Of a stretch of DNA of 64,000 nucleotides, positions 52,641 to 64,000 are shown piece after piece. Origin of the DNA: Octopus sinensis (Eukaryota). The translations under genes and the position numbers were made by a program. Below the pieces are notes generated by a model, which saw only the letters and a list, made by a program, of their open reading frames with translations, searched no databases and had not been told where the DNA came from. The stretch covers positions 434,001 through 498,000 of the forward strand of contig NC_043018.1 in NCBI RefSeq assembly GCF_006345805.1. The letters run 5' to 3'. Numbering within the stretch: the stretch's first letter is position 1; the number at the start of each line of letters is the position of its first letter.

Positions 52641-54352
52641 AAAATATAGGACTAAATCATGTAGTCCATACACTCCGCTATGACATGTAGTCCATATCGA
52701 ATTAAAAAGCATCTAGAATAAATTATGACATAATGTCAGGCAAAGCGGGATTCAGACCGTGGCTACGATAAATATCCCTCGCTCTAAGAGCTGCAGAGTT
52801 CTAACAAACAGTGTTTAAACAACTGAATTTGATGCTCTGGTGGTGGTGGTTGCTACAATAGCATCTCTCTCTCTCTCTGAGAAAAGCTATACTTATGCAC
52901 AGGGCATGCCGGCCAATTCTTCAAATCTCGAAAAAGGGGAAGAAAGATCGTTTACCTTGTTATATTAGCAGTAGAATGTATCTCATATAAAAACTTATTG
53001 CTTTAAAAGTCGATGGAGATTTTGGATAGTTTTGTCTTAGACATATTTTCTAGAGCCTCCGACTCTTAGATTTCCTACAGTACACAAGACTTCGCAAAAT
53101 CATATTATATGGTAGGCCAACAAATGCCCATTCAGCAAGTCTACCTTCTCCACGCTGCCGATGTTATCCCAAAGAGCGACAAAATTACATATGAACACGT
53201 GTCATCGCAGCAGAACTTAGGAACTGAACTATCGGAACAAAATCCGCAATGTCTTTTTTCCAACCCGTCCAAAATGCTGTCAGTCAATCATATAGGCCAA
53301 GTGTTTTTTTTCTGTTAGAGAACCTGTATAAATGAAAGTGGATTTTGACCACAGAGGCTTGAGATTTCTCATTATAATGCAATGTATTTTTTCTCTGAAA
53401 CTCTGACAATTCTAATAATAGTATAACTTCAGTTACTAGCAACTGATTCATATTCATGGTTAGAATATTTTTAAGAGCTGTTTCAAATCGACATTTAAAA
53501 ATGGTAAGAGACTCAATGCTTCTAACCATTGAATTTGTTGTGCTTTACACATTCATACAAATTCTTCTTCACTACAAAACCATTCTTCTTAACTCCTTTC
53601 CGTTTCGGTTCTATATGGCAATTATAGTTAAGCTGATAATATTGAAGAACATCAATCACTCTACCATAAAGATGCAAAGATGACTTCAAGACTTGTGGAG
53701 ACAGTCCTTTGCATTTCATGTCACAGGTTTGTTAGAAACGGTTTCCCTAAATAACCAATAATGGAAGTTTCCACGTTACTGCAATTATTTGATTTAGGTC
53801 TTTCGCTTTGTTTTCTTTCGCATAACTAATCCATTTATAAACGAAACAATCTCATTTTGCATAATTAATTTAATAAAATTTACCTTCCAGTCGCCATGCC
53901 ATAGTCTGTTTAACTTGTTAAAATTAAGACGACGTTCAGAAAATTGAGTAATTCACTTTTTTCTATGTTTTATTTATTGATGGATTTAATGAAGTTAAAC
54001 TCTAACAGGAATTTTTAATTTAAACAGAATTATGTGTTTTCTCGTGTTTTGCTATTAATTGGGTAAAGCTTCATTAAGAGAGCTTTCAATTTGTTGAGAA
54101 TTTGCTTAGCATATATTTACAAAACATTTGCTACAATAATAGTAATTTTTTCCACATTCATCAACATCAATGTTTCCATGAAGAATAAGCGCCAGAAGTT
54201 CATTTAAATTACTAATCACATATGAAGATTTAGGAAGAGCACGGCCAATAATTTCTATACGCTAAAAACAGCAATCCTAAACGAAAAACAAACTAATATC
54301 CATATATTTGCACATAGGCGCATTCATATTCATAAACGGATACACACACATG

Positions 54353-54575
54353 TACGAGGTGAGTACTAAAAGGGTCCTGGCTATAAGGTTATCGGAAAAG
54401 ACTTAGCTAGAGTATCAACCTTCCAAGTTCTTTTTACAGGTCTTTAAAAACCTGATGAAGCAGTGTAATAAGTGTGTGAACTTCAGAGGGGAATATGTTG
54501 AATAAAAGTATAATTAAGTGATCTACCTTTATTTTATCTTAGACAAAGCCAGGAATTTTTCTGCACTTCCTCGTA
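54353..54575 (+). mobile_element. mariner-derived MITE, second copy
   Basis: TACGAGG...CCTCGTA termini; C-terminal remnant KQCNKCVNFRGEYVE*. Confidence 0.8.
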
Positions 54576-54932
54576 TATATATACATGCATTTATACGTGC
54601 GCTTATGTATTATATATATATGTGTGTGTGTGCGTGTGTGTGTGTGTATTTACACACACACAAACACACACACAGTCACACGTATATAGTTATATGCAAC
54701 AGAATCTCGCAAAACCATATACCAATATCTAAGCATATTCCAATTAGATTACCTATGAGGAAAACAAACAGTACCAATGTAAATTGTCCTCAAAGACTAT
54801 AATTCCACAAACGCTTTAAAAGAATGGACAACTTAGAATATCGGGAGTAAGGTATAAAAATCTGCGATGTATATAGATGCCTATGTATAAATTATATATA
54901 TATATACGACAGAAGTACATACACACACACAC

Positions 54933-54993
<61 letters not shown>

Positions 54994-55019
54994 ATATATA
55001 TAAAAATTGCATGTTATAA

Positions 55020-55260
55020 ATAGGGTTCTGCAAAATTTGCTTCAACACATACCGAAACTTAGAAATAGCAGTTAAACTGCTATTTCACTACTATAAGAAA
55101 ATCTCCCAGACAGCAATATTGAACAACCCACGCAGGTAAAAAGAAAAATAACGAATCCTCCCGGCTTTGATTAACTGTATACGCGTTTCTGAGAGCTGTG
55201 AAAAATGTAAAATCATATTTCTACTCTCTCATTCTCCTCTTGAGTACAGTAATTCATGAT
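55020..55260 (-). mobile_element. Penelope-like pLTR relic with degenerate hammerhead, related to the 32.4-33.2-kb arms
   Basis: Shares accgaa..tagaaatagcagt.aa...gctatt...ctact with the arms; minus strand actgta CTCAAGA...GAAA cgc GTA tacagt. Confidence 0.6.
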
Positions 55261-55852
55261 TTAAAATTTGATGGCACAAAACGTTAACATATTGACCTGA
55301 TCATGCGAGATCAGACAACGTATATCCAACGACCAGTACTTCTAAATTATATAGATAGATAGATAGATAGGCAGATATGTATAGTCACAAATATATATAT
55401 ATATTACATACGAGACAATATGAATTTTTGATTTATTTGAAATTGTCTTGAAATATAAAAACAACCACATGTTGGCAATTGTGACCACCTCTGAATATGA
55501 AGGAGAATCTATTTCAAGAATGAAATAAAAATGTCCAAAATTCACTTGCCATTCATTAAAAGACCGTCTGATATCGGGCAACACGAGGACAGTCGACTTA
55601 CTCTGTCTCAAACTGATTTAACAGCGCAGTAAGCGTATCTTGCCTACAAAAAGTGCGATATTAGGCATATACAAAGACTAAGATAATTGGTGCGTATTTC
55701 ATTTGCTTCATTTTACTAGAAATATTCTTAAAGAAATATCTCAGGGAGGCTATTAGTATGTATTTGATCAACAAGAACGAATAAATATCATAAATTAGGT
55801 TTAAGATTTTCATGTCGAAAAGCCTGTTTTTCTTTTATACATATGGCTTTAG

Positions 55853-55982
55853 ATGGGCAGCTACTGTGAGGAAGAACTCTATTGAGGCTGGAGAGGCACT
55901 TGTTCATGCTGTTTTGGAGAATTCGTTTCATTCTTCAGATCATAAATCCCTTTTCTATAAATCAAGTCCTCGTGTTTTATGA
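55853..55982 (+). CDS. Weak candidate terminal exon, unidentified
   Basis: ttttcttttatacatatggctttAG then 42 open codons WAATVRKNSIEAGEALVHAVLENSFHSSDHKSLFYKSSPRVL*; locally raised GC. Confidence 0.3.
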
Positions 55983-56660
55983 TTATTTAGCATTACGTAC
56001 AATTTCCTTTGTAACACTAATGAAAGAGGTGGATATTTTGGTACACTCTGCTGTTAATTGATCTTCATATGCAGCTAATATAAAACGGAATAGTAGACTG
56101 TTTGCATAAATGCTTATGCAGAGATAATACGAAGTAGAGCATTCAGTTCCCTGGCAAACTCGATGAAGTGGAGGAATCACCCGACTGGTTAACAATGACT
56201 AGCGGTATTGGTTTGAATTCATTCCACTCTATGTTCAATACGCAAGAAGTCCAACTTCCTGCACCGATAATATAGTACCATTCCAGGCTTTTGAATTACC
56301 AAGACAGAAGGAATGTTGCGAAACTTCGGCAACCAAGAGAAATCAGGAACTTCATAGATCTTCACATTATCCTCAAAGTTCAAGGCTTTATGAATAATTG
56401 TACTATATTGAAGAACACAGATAAATCTTATATTTAAGTTTATATTTATGTATACGATTCCGCTACATATTTCCTGTTACGGAATGTGAAACATTCGAAA
56501 TTGTTTAATTCTGTTCAAGATTTTTATTCCTTCGGCGATATTCTTTTGAACGTGTTTCTTTTTAACGGCATTAAGACTGGAACAAAATCGAAAACTGAAA
56601 TGTAACACTAAAGCATACATCTTGCTTGATCATTACAAGATTTACCATGAGAAGAACATT

Positions 56661-57044
56661 GGATGGAAGCACCTTGTCGGTTACGACGATGAGGGTTCCG
56701 GTTGATCCGATCAACAGAACAGCCTGCTCGTGAAATTAACGTGTAAGTGGCTGAGCACTCCCCAGACACGTGTACCCTTAACGTAGTTCTCGGGGATATT
56801 CAGCGTGACACAGAGAGTGACAAGGCCGGCCCTTTGAAATACAGGTACAACAGAAACAGGAAGTAAGAGTGAGAGAAAGTTGTGGTGAAAGAGTACAGCA
56901 GGGGTCACCACCATCCCCTGCTGGAGCCTCGTGGAACTTTTAGGTGCTTTCGCTCAATAAACACTCACAACGCCCGGTCTGGAATCGAAATCGTGATCCT
57001 ACGACCGCGAGTCCGCTGCCCTAACCACTGGGCCATTGCGCCTC
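56661..57044 (-). mobile_element. SINE family B with TSD
   Basis: TSD ccatgagaagaacatt / ccatgagaagaagaacatt. Confidence 0.92.
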
Positions 57045-57238
57045 CCATGAGAAGAAGAACATTAAAGTTTAGAACAAAAACCACTGGATGGCAGAGACCA
57101 TGCCCTTGTGGTGTCGGGTTATCGTCTGTTTTGGAAAGAAAACATCTTCCAGCGTTTACTTTACTTGTTACACGCTTGAATCCCTGTGTGTATATCTTTG
57201 CATTTCATTTCCCTTCCCCATACCAGAATATATACTTA

Positions 57239-57668
57239 GGATATTTTCAGTTTGCCCGGCAGTTTTTTCTAGCGGTGTCATATGAAATTGCCACCCATAA
57301 TTATGACCCTAGTATCGATCTATTGCATTTCAATCTGTTTTAGGGTTAGGGTAAGAGTTAGGGTTAGAGGTGGGGGGAAGGGTATCTTTTTTTCTTCAGA
57401 AATGTAAATAAATTCAATCTGTTTCTTAAACGAGGGGCATATTCATACGGCACAGAATGTTTTCACCTCAATAGACGTCATTGATTGGTTGAAATTGCAG
57501 AAATTGAAGAAGAAAAAACAACAAATATCTTACAAACTCTAGAATTGTCTCAATAAAGCCAAGAGAAAAAGATGTTTTATAAACACATTCTACCAGTATA
57601 CGAAGTTTAAAAGTGTTTAGTTTCGTGGAAATTATTTTGAAAAACTGCCGGTCAAACCGAAAAGATCC
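57239..57668. mobile_element. Non-autonomous DNA transposon, GG-ended TIRs, 8-bp TSD (Merlin-like), internal TTAGGG-like repeats
   Basis: TSD tatactta at 57231-57238 and 57669-57676; TIR ggatattttcagtttgcccggcagtttt / aaaactgccggtcaaaccgaaaagatcc. Confidence 0.85.
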
Positions 57669-58480
57669 TATACTTAATACTATAGATTTAATCTCCGAAA
57701 AGTCTTGCAATAATTCTTTTAACTGCTAACATACCCAGCGCATCTGAGAAAGTACGTAAATTTAAAACTATATCTTTTTTTTTATGCAACAAAATTAATG
57801 TATATCATCTGCGAATACTTGTACTGATATTTCTGTTAAATATAGGTACGTCTACTAGGTTGTACAATATTTGATTTCTTTTTATACTTGGAAACTAGAT
57901 ATACTGAGGAAGCTGTACAAAAGACATTGCATGTTAATGATATCAACTGTCTGAACCGATTAACATAATCAGATAGGACGTTTTAAATGTTCATTGTGTC
58001 TCAGTGCAGCGCTTACTGTCATTGTTAAACAGATTCCGACTTTTAACTGATTTAATCCCACGTGATATTTCGTACTTGACTTTTTGATAAAGAAAAGTAA
58101 AGACTGGTCTAATATGATTAGAGCACGAAAAAATTTTCTACGTGGATTGGATTCACGTGAATTGATACAATGCTTTTTTTAAAACCTAATTTCTTTCCTT
58201 TTCTATTGAATAAATTCTCTATAATGAAAAAAAGGTGTCCTCTAAAGTTGTTGAACTATGAGTGTATTGTCTCACATGAAACATTTGATCTGCTATTAAC
58301 ATTATATGCTAGTGCATTCTATGCATTCTACAACGAATGTGAAGAATAATTTAGAATTCCAACCTATAGAATAAAAAAAGAATGTTAACCGAATACAAAG
58401 TAGGAAAAGAAAGATAAGAGGTTGAAATGAGAGAGAAATGGAGAGAGCAACGTTAATTGTAGCTGAAAATAATTTATATG

Positions 58481-58888
58481 TACTCTTTTTTACTCTTTTA
58501 CTTGTTTCAGTCATTTGACTGCGGCCATGCTAGAGCATCGCCTTTAGTCGAGCAAATCGACCCCGGGACTTATACTTTTGTAAGCCCAGTACTTATTCTA
58601 TCGGTATCTTTCGCCGAACCGCTAAGTTACGGGGACGTAAACCACCAGCATCGGTTGTCAAGCAATGCTAGGGGGACAAACACAGACACGCAAACACACA
58701 TACATATATATACATACATATATACAACAGGCTTCTTTCAGTTTCCGTCTACCAAATCCACTCACAAGGCATTGGTCGGCCCGGGGCTATAGTAGAAGAC
58801 ACTTGCCCAAGGTGCCACGCAGTGGGACTGAATCCGGAACTATGTGATTGTTAAACGAGCTACTTACCACACAGCCACTCCTGCGCCT
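58481..58888 (-). mobile_element. SINE family A
   Basis: Homology to A. Confidence 0.9.
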
Positions 58889-59176
58889 ATATATTTCTTT
58901 ATATATTTCTTTATTGTATTTATTTACTGCTGTTTCGATTCGAAGCTATAGATATCTACGAATATGTCTGAAAATAAGACGAGATGTGCACTCTGAGAGA
59001 GTGGAGCAAAGAAAGAAACAGTGCCAGCCACGCACGCACAAACACAAATACGGGAATATGTAATTTGTACATCAATACCATGTGGACGATTTTGTGTGAC
59101 GTCATCCTGCTTCACAAAAGCTTCGTGATCGAGCAGATGTCAAATTAATTCAATTCATCCACTGAAGTTACTGTAG

Positions 59177-59589
59177 GGATCTTTTCGGTTTGAACGGCAG
59201 TTTTTCTAGCGGTGTTATATGAAATTGTCGCCCATAATTATGACCCTCGTATGGATCTATTGCATTTCAATCTGTTTTAGGGTTAGGGTAAGAGTTAGGG
59301 TTAGTCAGGTTTAGGGGTGGGGGATGGCATCTTTTTTTCTTCAGAAAGGTAAATAAACCCAATCTGTTTCTTAAATGAGAGACATATTCATACGGCACAG
59401 AATGTTTTCACCTCAATAGACGTCATTGAAGAAAAACACAACAAATATCTTACAAACTCTAGAATTGTCTCAATAAAGCCAAGAGAAAAATATTTTTTAT
59501 AAAATCATTCTACCAGTATATGAAGTTTAAAAGTGTTTAGTTACATGGAAATTATTTTAAAAAACTGCCGGTCAAAACCGAAAAGATTC
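59177..59589. mobile_element. Second copy of the Merlin-like MITE
   Basis: TIR ggatcttttcggtttgaacggcagttttt; TSD tactgtag / tactgttg (7/8). Confidence 0.88.
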
Positions 59590-59831
59590 TACTGTTGCAA
59601 TGTGGGCAGTGAATGCAAGGAACGATTCCAGATCTGGTGGCACTTTCCTTTGTAGCCTGGCTGCGAATCTCAGCTTTGGTTTCTAATTTGGCTTTACATA
59701 TATCGGAGCCTGCGTGCCACCATTTTGCTCTATACAACCACATCTGTCTCACTGTTTATGGATTGTGAGTGAACGTATTATGTGAAGCATTCTGTGGAGC
59801 CATTTAGTGTGCCCTTACTGAAGAAACGTGT

Positions 59832-60214
59832 GGAGGCGCAATCGCCCAGTGGTTAGGGCAGCGGACTCGCGGTCGTAGGATCGCGGTTTCGATTCCCAGA
59901 CCGGGCGTTGTGAGTGTTTATTGAACGAAAACACCTAAAGCTCCACGAGGCTCCGGCAGGGATGGTGGTGATCTCTGCTGTACTCTTTCACCACAACTTT
60001 CTCACACTCTTACTTCCTGTTTCTGTTGTACCTGTATTTCAAAGGGCCGGCCTTGTCACTCTCTGTGTCACGCTGAATATCCCTGAGAACTACGTTAAGG
60101 GTACACGTGTCTGTGGAGTGCTCAGCCACTTACACGTTAATTTCACGAGCAGGCTGTTCCGTTGATCGGATCAACCGGAACCCTCGTTGTCGTAACCGAC
60201 GGAGTGCTTCCACC
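59832..60214 (+). mobile_element. SINE family B with 15-bp TSD
   Basis: TSD actgaagaaacgtgt at 59817-59831 and 60215-60229. Confidence 0.94.
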
Positions 60215-60964
60215 ACTGAAGAAACGTGTTTTGTGAGATTGCGGCATGTTATGCAAACTAAGTGACCTAACTATCATGGCTGCGACTTCGTCAAATGAGC
60301 AGACTAGTAACGAGCTCAGCACGACAGGGTAACTATATATTTCAAGCTTCATAATGACAATATATTTATTGACCGGGGACCAGAGATGTTACAGATACCT
60401 TGCATCCAGGTTGTAAACAACTCTAGCTTCACAGCCATAGAACATAAAGGTGGTGAATTTTAAGATGATTCGTTCAGTATATGTTTTACGTGGTATTTGC
60501 TGAGGCAACACAACAATATTAGCTTTACAGGTTTTAGATCACTGAAATTGTTAATACTGCATGGTATCCTCATTATTAGCGTAAAGGAGATGGTCATCTG
60601 CAAAGAGAAATCCAGAAAGTATTGGTTGTCAATATATTAGCATTATGAAAGAGCCTCCATCAACACATTATATAGTACCTTTATATATATATATATAATG
60701 GACTCTCCCGTCCTTAGACGAAGTATTACCGCTTTACAAAAGTACGAAGAAAAACGAATTTACGCAGTGTGGAAAAGAAAAGCATTCACACAGAAATTCA
60801 CGTGGAAAATTGAATAGTTCAATAAAAATCTTTTCGTGCAAACTTGCGAAAAGCGTAAAATATGGAAGAAAATATGGAAGCATGGAATAAATAACCTTCA
60901 AAGGTAATGATTATTAAAATTATAAATTAGGGATCTCATTCCTAAGGTATTTTTCGATGGTGTT

Positions 60965-61069
60965 GTTATTATTATTATTATTATTATTATTCAGGTCACT
61001 GCCTGGAATCGAACTCGGAATCTGGCGGTTAGTAGTCCGCGCTCTTAACCACTACGCCATATGCCCGTG
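60965..61069 (-). mobile_element. Short tRNA-like element with (AAT)n tail (not a functional tRNA)
   Basis: gggcatatggcgtagtggttaagagcgcggactactaaccgccagattccgagttcgattcc: A and B boxes present, acceptor stem not complementary, then aataataat. Confidence 0.7.
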
Positions 61070-61100
61070 GAATGAGAACACAGGTTCGAAATTTCCCCAA

Positions 61101-61146
61101 GACTCTTGATGAAGCCTGGAGTGTATATCAGCCGAAAAATTGTGTT
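61101..61146 (+). ncRNA. Degenerate type I hammerhead (probable Penelope-like pLTR relic)
   Basis: gactc TTGATGA agcctg...cagcc GAAA aatt gtgtt; C3 and helix III are mutated. Confidence 0.45.
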
Positions 61147-61399
61147 AACAACAAACAAGATGAGGAGAAATTTCAGTCAAATGTAAATAACGTACATAAT
61201 TCTCTTTAATATACAACTGTATCTTAGTCACGTTTAGTGACGATTATAATTCTCCATTTTGGTGAAATATTTCAAGCTGTTGTTTATTTGGAATGTGTGT
61301 ATACACATTAATGAATCGCTAAATCATCCAATAATGTCGATGACGAAAGCATATATACTAATAGAGAAGCTAGTCTAAAAACAACCGAGAATGAACGAG

Positions 61400-61448
61400 C
61401 TTAACTGATGAGGCAACAGAAATTTCCGAAACTGACGTCAATATTAAG
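61400..61448 (+). ncRNA. Hammerhead-like motif with intact core
   Basis: cttaa CTGATGA gg...cc GAAA ctgac GTC aata ttaag. Confidence 0.4.
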
Positions 61449-61592
61449 TATTCTCGATCGGCATTTTTCGAACAGTTCAGATTCCTATTAGCGTATGTTT
61501 TCTTTCATGTTTATTGACTACAGCACTATAGCCCTTTAGCTCTTATGTCTAGCAATGTAGGTGTGTCCTAACACCCTAGTTACATTTAGTCA

Positions 61593-61629
<37 letters not shown>

Positions 61630-61959
61630 CAATAAATGGTGGGGTTGTGTTGACCGCGTGTGGAGAAATGATAGGAGAGGAAAAATTATAAGAAGGCAGA
61701 ATGCTAACTTGAAAGTAAATTTTAATAAAAATGGGTGTATGGAAAATTAAAAATAACAAATCAAACCGGTTTATCATCGCAAACCAAATTTTCAAGATTT
61801 GAAAGGGGAAAAGAGAATTTTCTTTACCTTGAAAACCCGTTTGATTTATTATTTTTTATATTTTCCATACACCTATTTTTATTAAAATTTGCTTTCAATT
61901 TAGCTTTCTGTCTTATTATAATTTTTCCTCTCCTATATATATATATATATATATATATA

Positions 61960-62295
61960 TCGTTCAGAGAGCACATAAGTAGCGAGGTCATCAAACAGAC
62001 GTCCGGTGTGAGAGATGTCATAGTAGAATATATACGCAGCAAGTTTAGTTGGGCTGGACACGTCGCCCGGCTCACTGATAATCGGTGGCCCCTCGCAGTT
62101 ATCGAGTGGTACCCGCGAGAGCGGAAACGACGACTCAGAAGTCCTCCACGACGGTGGAATTATGATTTTAGGAGGGCGATTGGGACCACGTGAATGAGGA
62201 GGGCGCGATCCAGAGAGGAGTGGACAGCGTGCTGTGACCAGCTGCGTCAAATAGACGCCCGACGGACTGGTCGATCAAGGAGTAAAGGTGTGTAT
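61960..62295 (+). mobile_element. RTE-clade LINE 3' fragment (third lineage)
   Basis: SEVIKQTSGVRDVIVEYIRSKFSWAGHVARLTDNRWPLAVIEWYPRERKRRLRSPPRRWNYDF. Confidence 0.88.
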
Positions 62296-64000
62296 GAGAG
62301 GTAATCTTTGTAAGCACATATACTGTGTAAATCATATAATTCAAGGATGTTAATTACCAGAGACTACCCGTAACATATAGCTCATTCTATATATGTCTTA
62401 GAATTTTACGTTAAATTTATATTTCAGTGAAATAGAACAGAAAAAATAAAGAAAAATTATTTTAATACATCTTTGCAGTATACATTCTGGATATGAAAAT
62501 CTTACTATATTTTGGTGTGTAGTTGTATACCTGTGTATTTGCACCTGTGTGTAAGGGAATATACATATATGTGTGTATGTATAGATTTCGTGATAAATGG
62601 TCTTAATCATAATCTCTGTTTATTACTTGTAGAATCCTGCAGATATTTCAATTTATGTGTTAAAAATTCAGAAGCGTTTAAATAAATTGTCTATTCCTGT
62701 GAAATATCACAGCTGTTATCGCACTCATTTATAGATATTGCCACCTACTTGTCTTTTCTGGCTTTAAATATGTGTGAAAACTTCAAAATACTATGTAGAG
62801 AGAATCATACAAGTCTCGCTTAGGTCGAAGAGGTGGCAATAAGAATTCTTGTGGAATAAATCTGAAATAGATATTTCAGACATTTATTGAATACTTATAG
62901 CGTCTGAGTTTCTTTCATTATATATTCTTTTACAGTCTTATAACTAACGTTTCATTCGTTGTATAAAGCTTTACTGAATATCCTTTATAAGCTCGGTTTA
63001 GTTAACTATCACTACTAATCTTTCAATTAATATTCCTCAAAAGATAACATTAATTAAACTTCTGATACGTTCAAATCGCAAAATAAACTTGAGACGTGTT
63101 CATTAATTTCATAGAATACGCATAGGTTTCAATTAAAAGGATTTCAAAATAGATTGGTAACAGCTATAGAAAAATGCCTGACGAATCATCATGTACAAAA
63201 GCTTTTAAGTACACAAGAGCATATTTATCATACAGCACAAAACTTTTGGTATTAACAGATGAAACACAAGTTCGTGCCACGCTTCTGAAAGAAAACGGCT
63301 GTTTTTATCTCACAATTTCCATCAAATTGTATTATAACTACGCAGCTGTAATAAATACACATTTATCAGAGATTAACCATCTATGTACCATATCAAAATA
63401 ATTAACGAGAACTATTAAGATGCTTACTGTTAAACTAAACATGGCCTTGATCAATGATGGGGCAATCTTATCTAAGTATCTAAGTACACTTGCCGTAAGT
63501 TAAGTGCTGGAATCCTAACTCAGTAGCACAGATTGAAATTATTTCATACGATGTAAATATCTCTATTTTACCATAGCGAATATAGATGCAAGGTGAAAAT
63601 TCTTTACGTTTGCGGTGCAGGGTGGATTAAATAAATTGTACACAAATACATTTTTGTTCCAGAATTGAGGAATGAAAGAATATGGTGAAAAGAATCTTTA
63701 TAACTGTATCTAAAATGTGAAAATACACAATAATGCAGTAAGTGGAAGCTCTTCGGCATATAAAAGAGAAACTGAATGGCAAACAGCTTCACTGGTTATA
63801 AGCCGATGAGAATAAAAATTTTAATTAGGTACAACCATACTTTCACGAGAGTACATCTCTTGCTTTTAAACATATATGATATATATTAAACTTCCCTCCC
63901 TGCAAAATCTCTGTAATATAATATATGATCAGCGTAGCACAATATTGATCCCAAATTTTGACACAAGGCCAGTGATTTCAGAAAAGGGATAAAATTTGAA

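Larger units (their letters stand above)
59095..60330 (-). mobile_element. Decayed RTE 3' region interrupted by a MITE and a SINE
   Basis: After removing both inserts the minus strand reads LGHLV...MPQSH...RQMWLYR...IHCPHCNSNFSG*IELI*HLLDH (C2H2 finger). Confidence 0.65.

Noticed and set aside
53330-53720. Minus-strand peptide QQIQWLEALSLLPFLNVDL resembling XRN or MULE transposase segments
   Set aside because: Frameshifted, ambiguous between unrelated families, and too weak without a search.
60276-60329. Apparent start exon MAATSSNEQTSNELSTT with good Kozak context and donor
   Set aside because: It is the antisense strand of the decayed RTE fragment.
60991-61069. tRNA gene
   Set aside because: The acceptor stem does not pair, the anticodon arm is irregular and an (AAT)n tail follows; treated as a tRNA-derived repeat.

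Overview
Very AT-rich, microsatellite-dense eukaryotic DNA, probably intronic or intergenic. The repeat repertoire looks like an octopus/coleoid cephalopod genome (inference, no database search). No complete gene, rRNA, functional tRNA or CRISPR array can be supported, and almost all ORFs in the track are microsatellite or SINE artefacts. The window is dominated by tRNA-derived SINEs (local labels A, B, D, E, F; several with intact target-site duplications). It also holds decayed RTE, R4/Dong, LOA-like and Penelope-like retroelements, mariner/Tc1 and Helitron relics, and several MITE or foldback families. The best leads are: (1) five type I hammerhead-like motifs, probably from Penelope-like pseudo-LTRs, one inside a 227/228-identical inverted duplication and one back-to-back with a tRNA-like unit; (2) a tandemly duplicated 15-nt microexon candidate plus a 173-nt exon candidate of an unidentified plus-strand gene; (3) reciprocal head/tail SINE chimeras that switch at the same motif; (4) long palindromes and MITEs carrying telomere-like repeats. 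Family names come from recalled motifs, not from searches.
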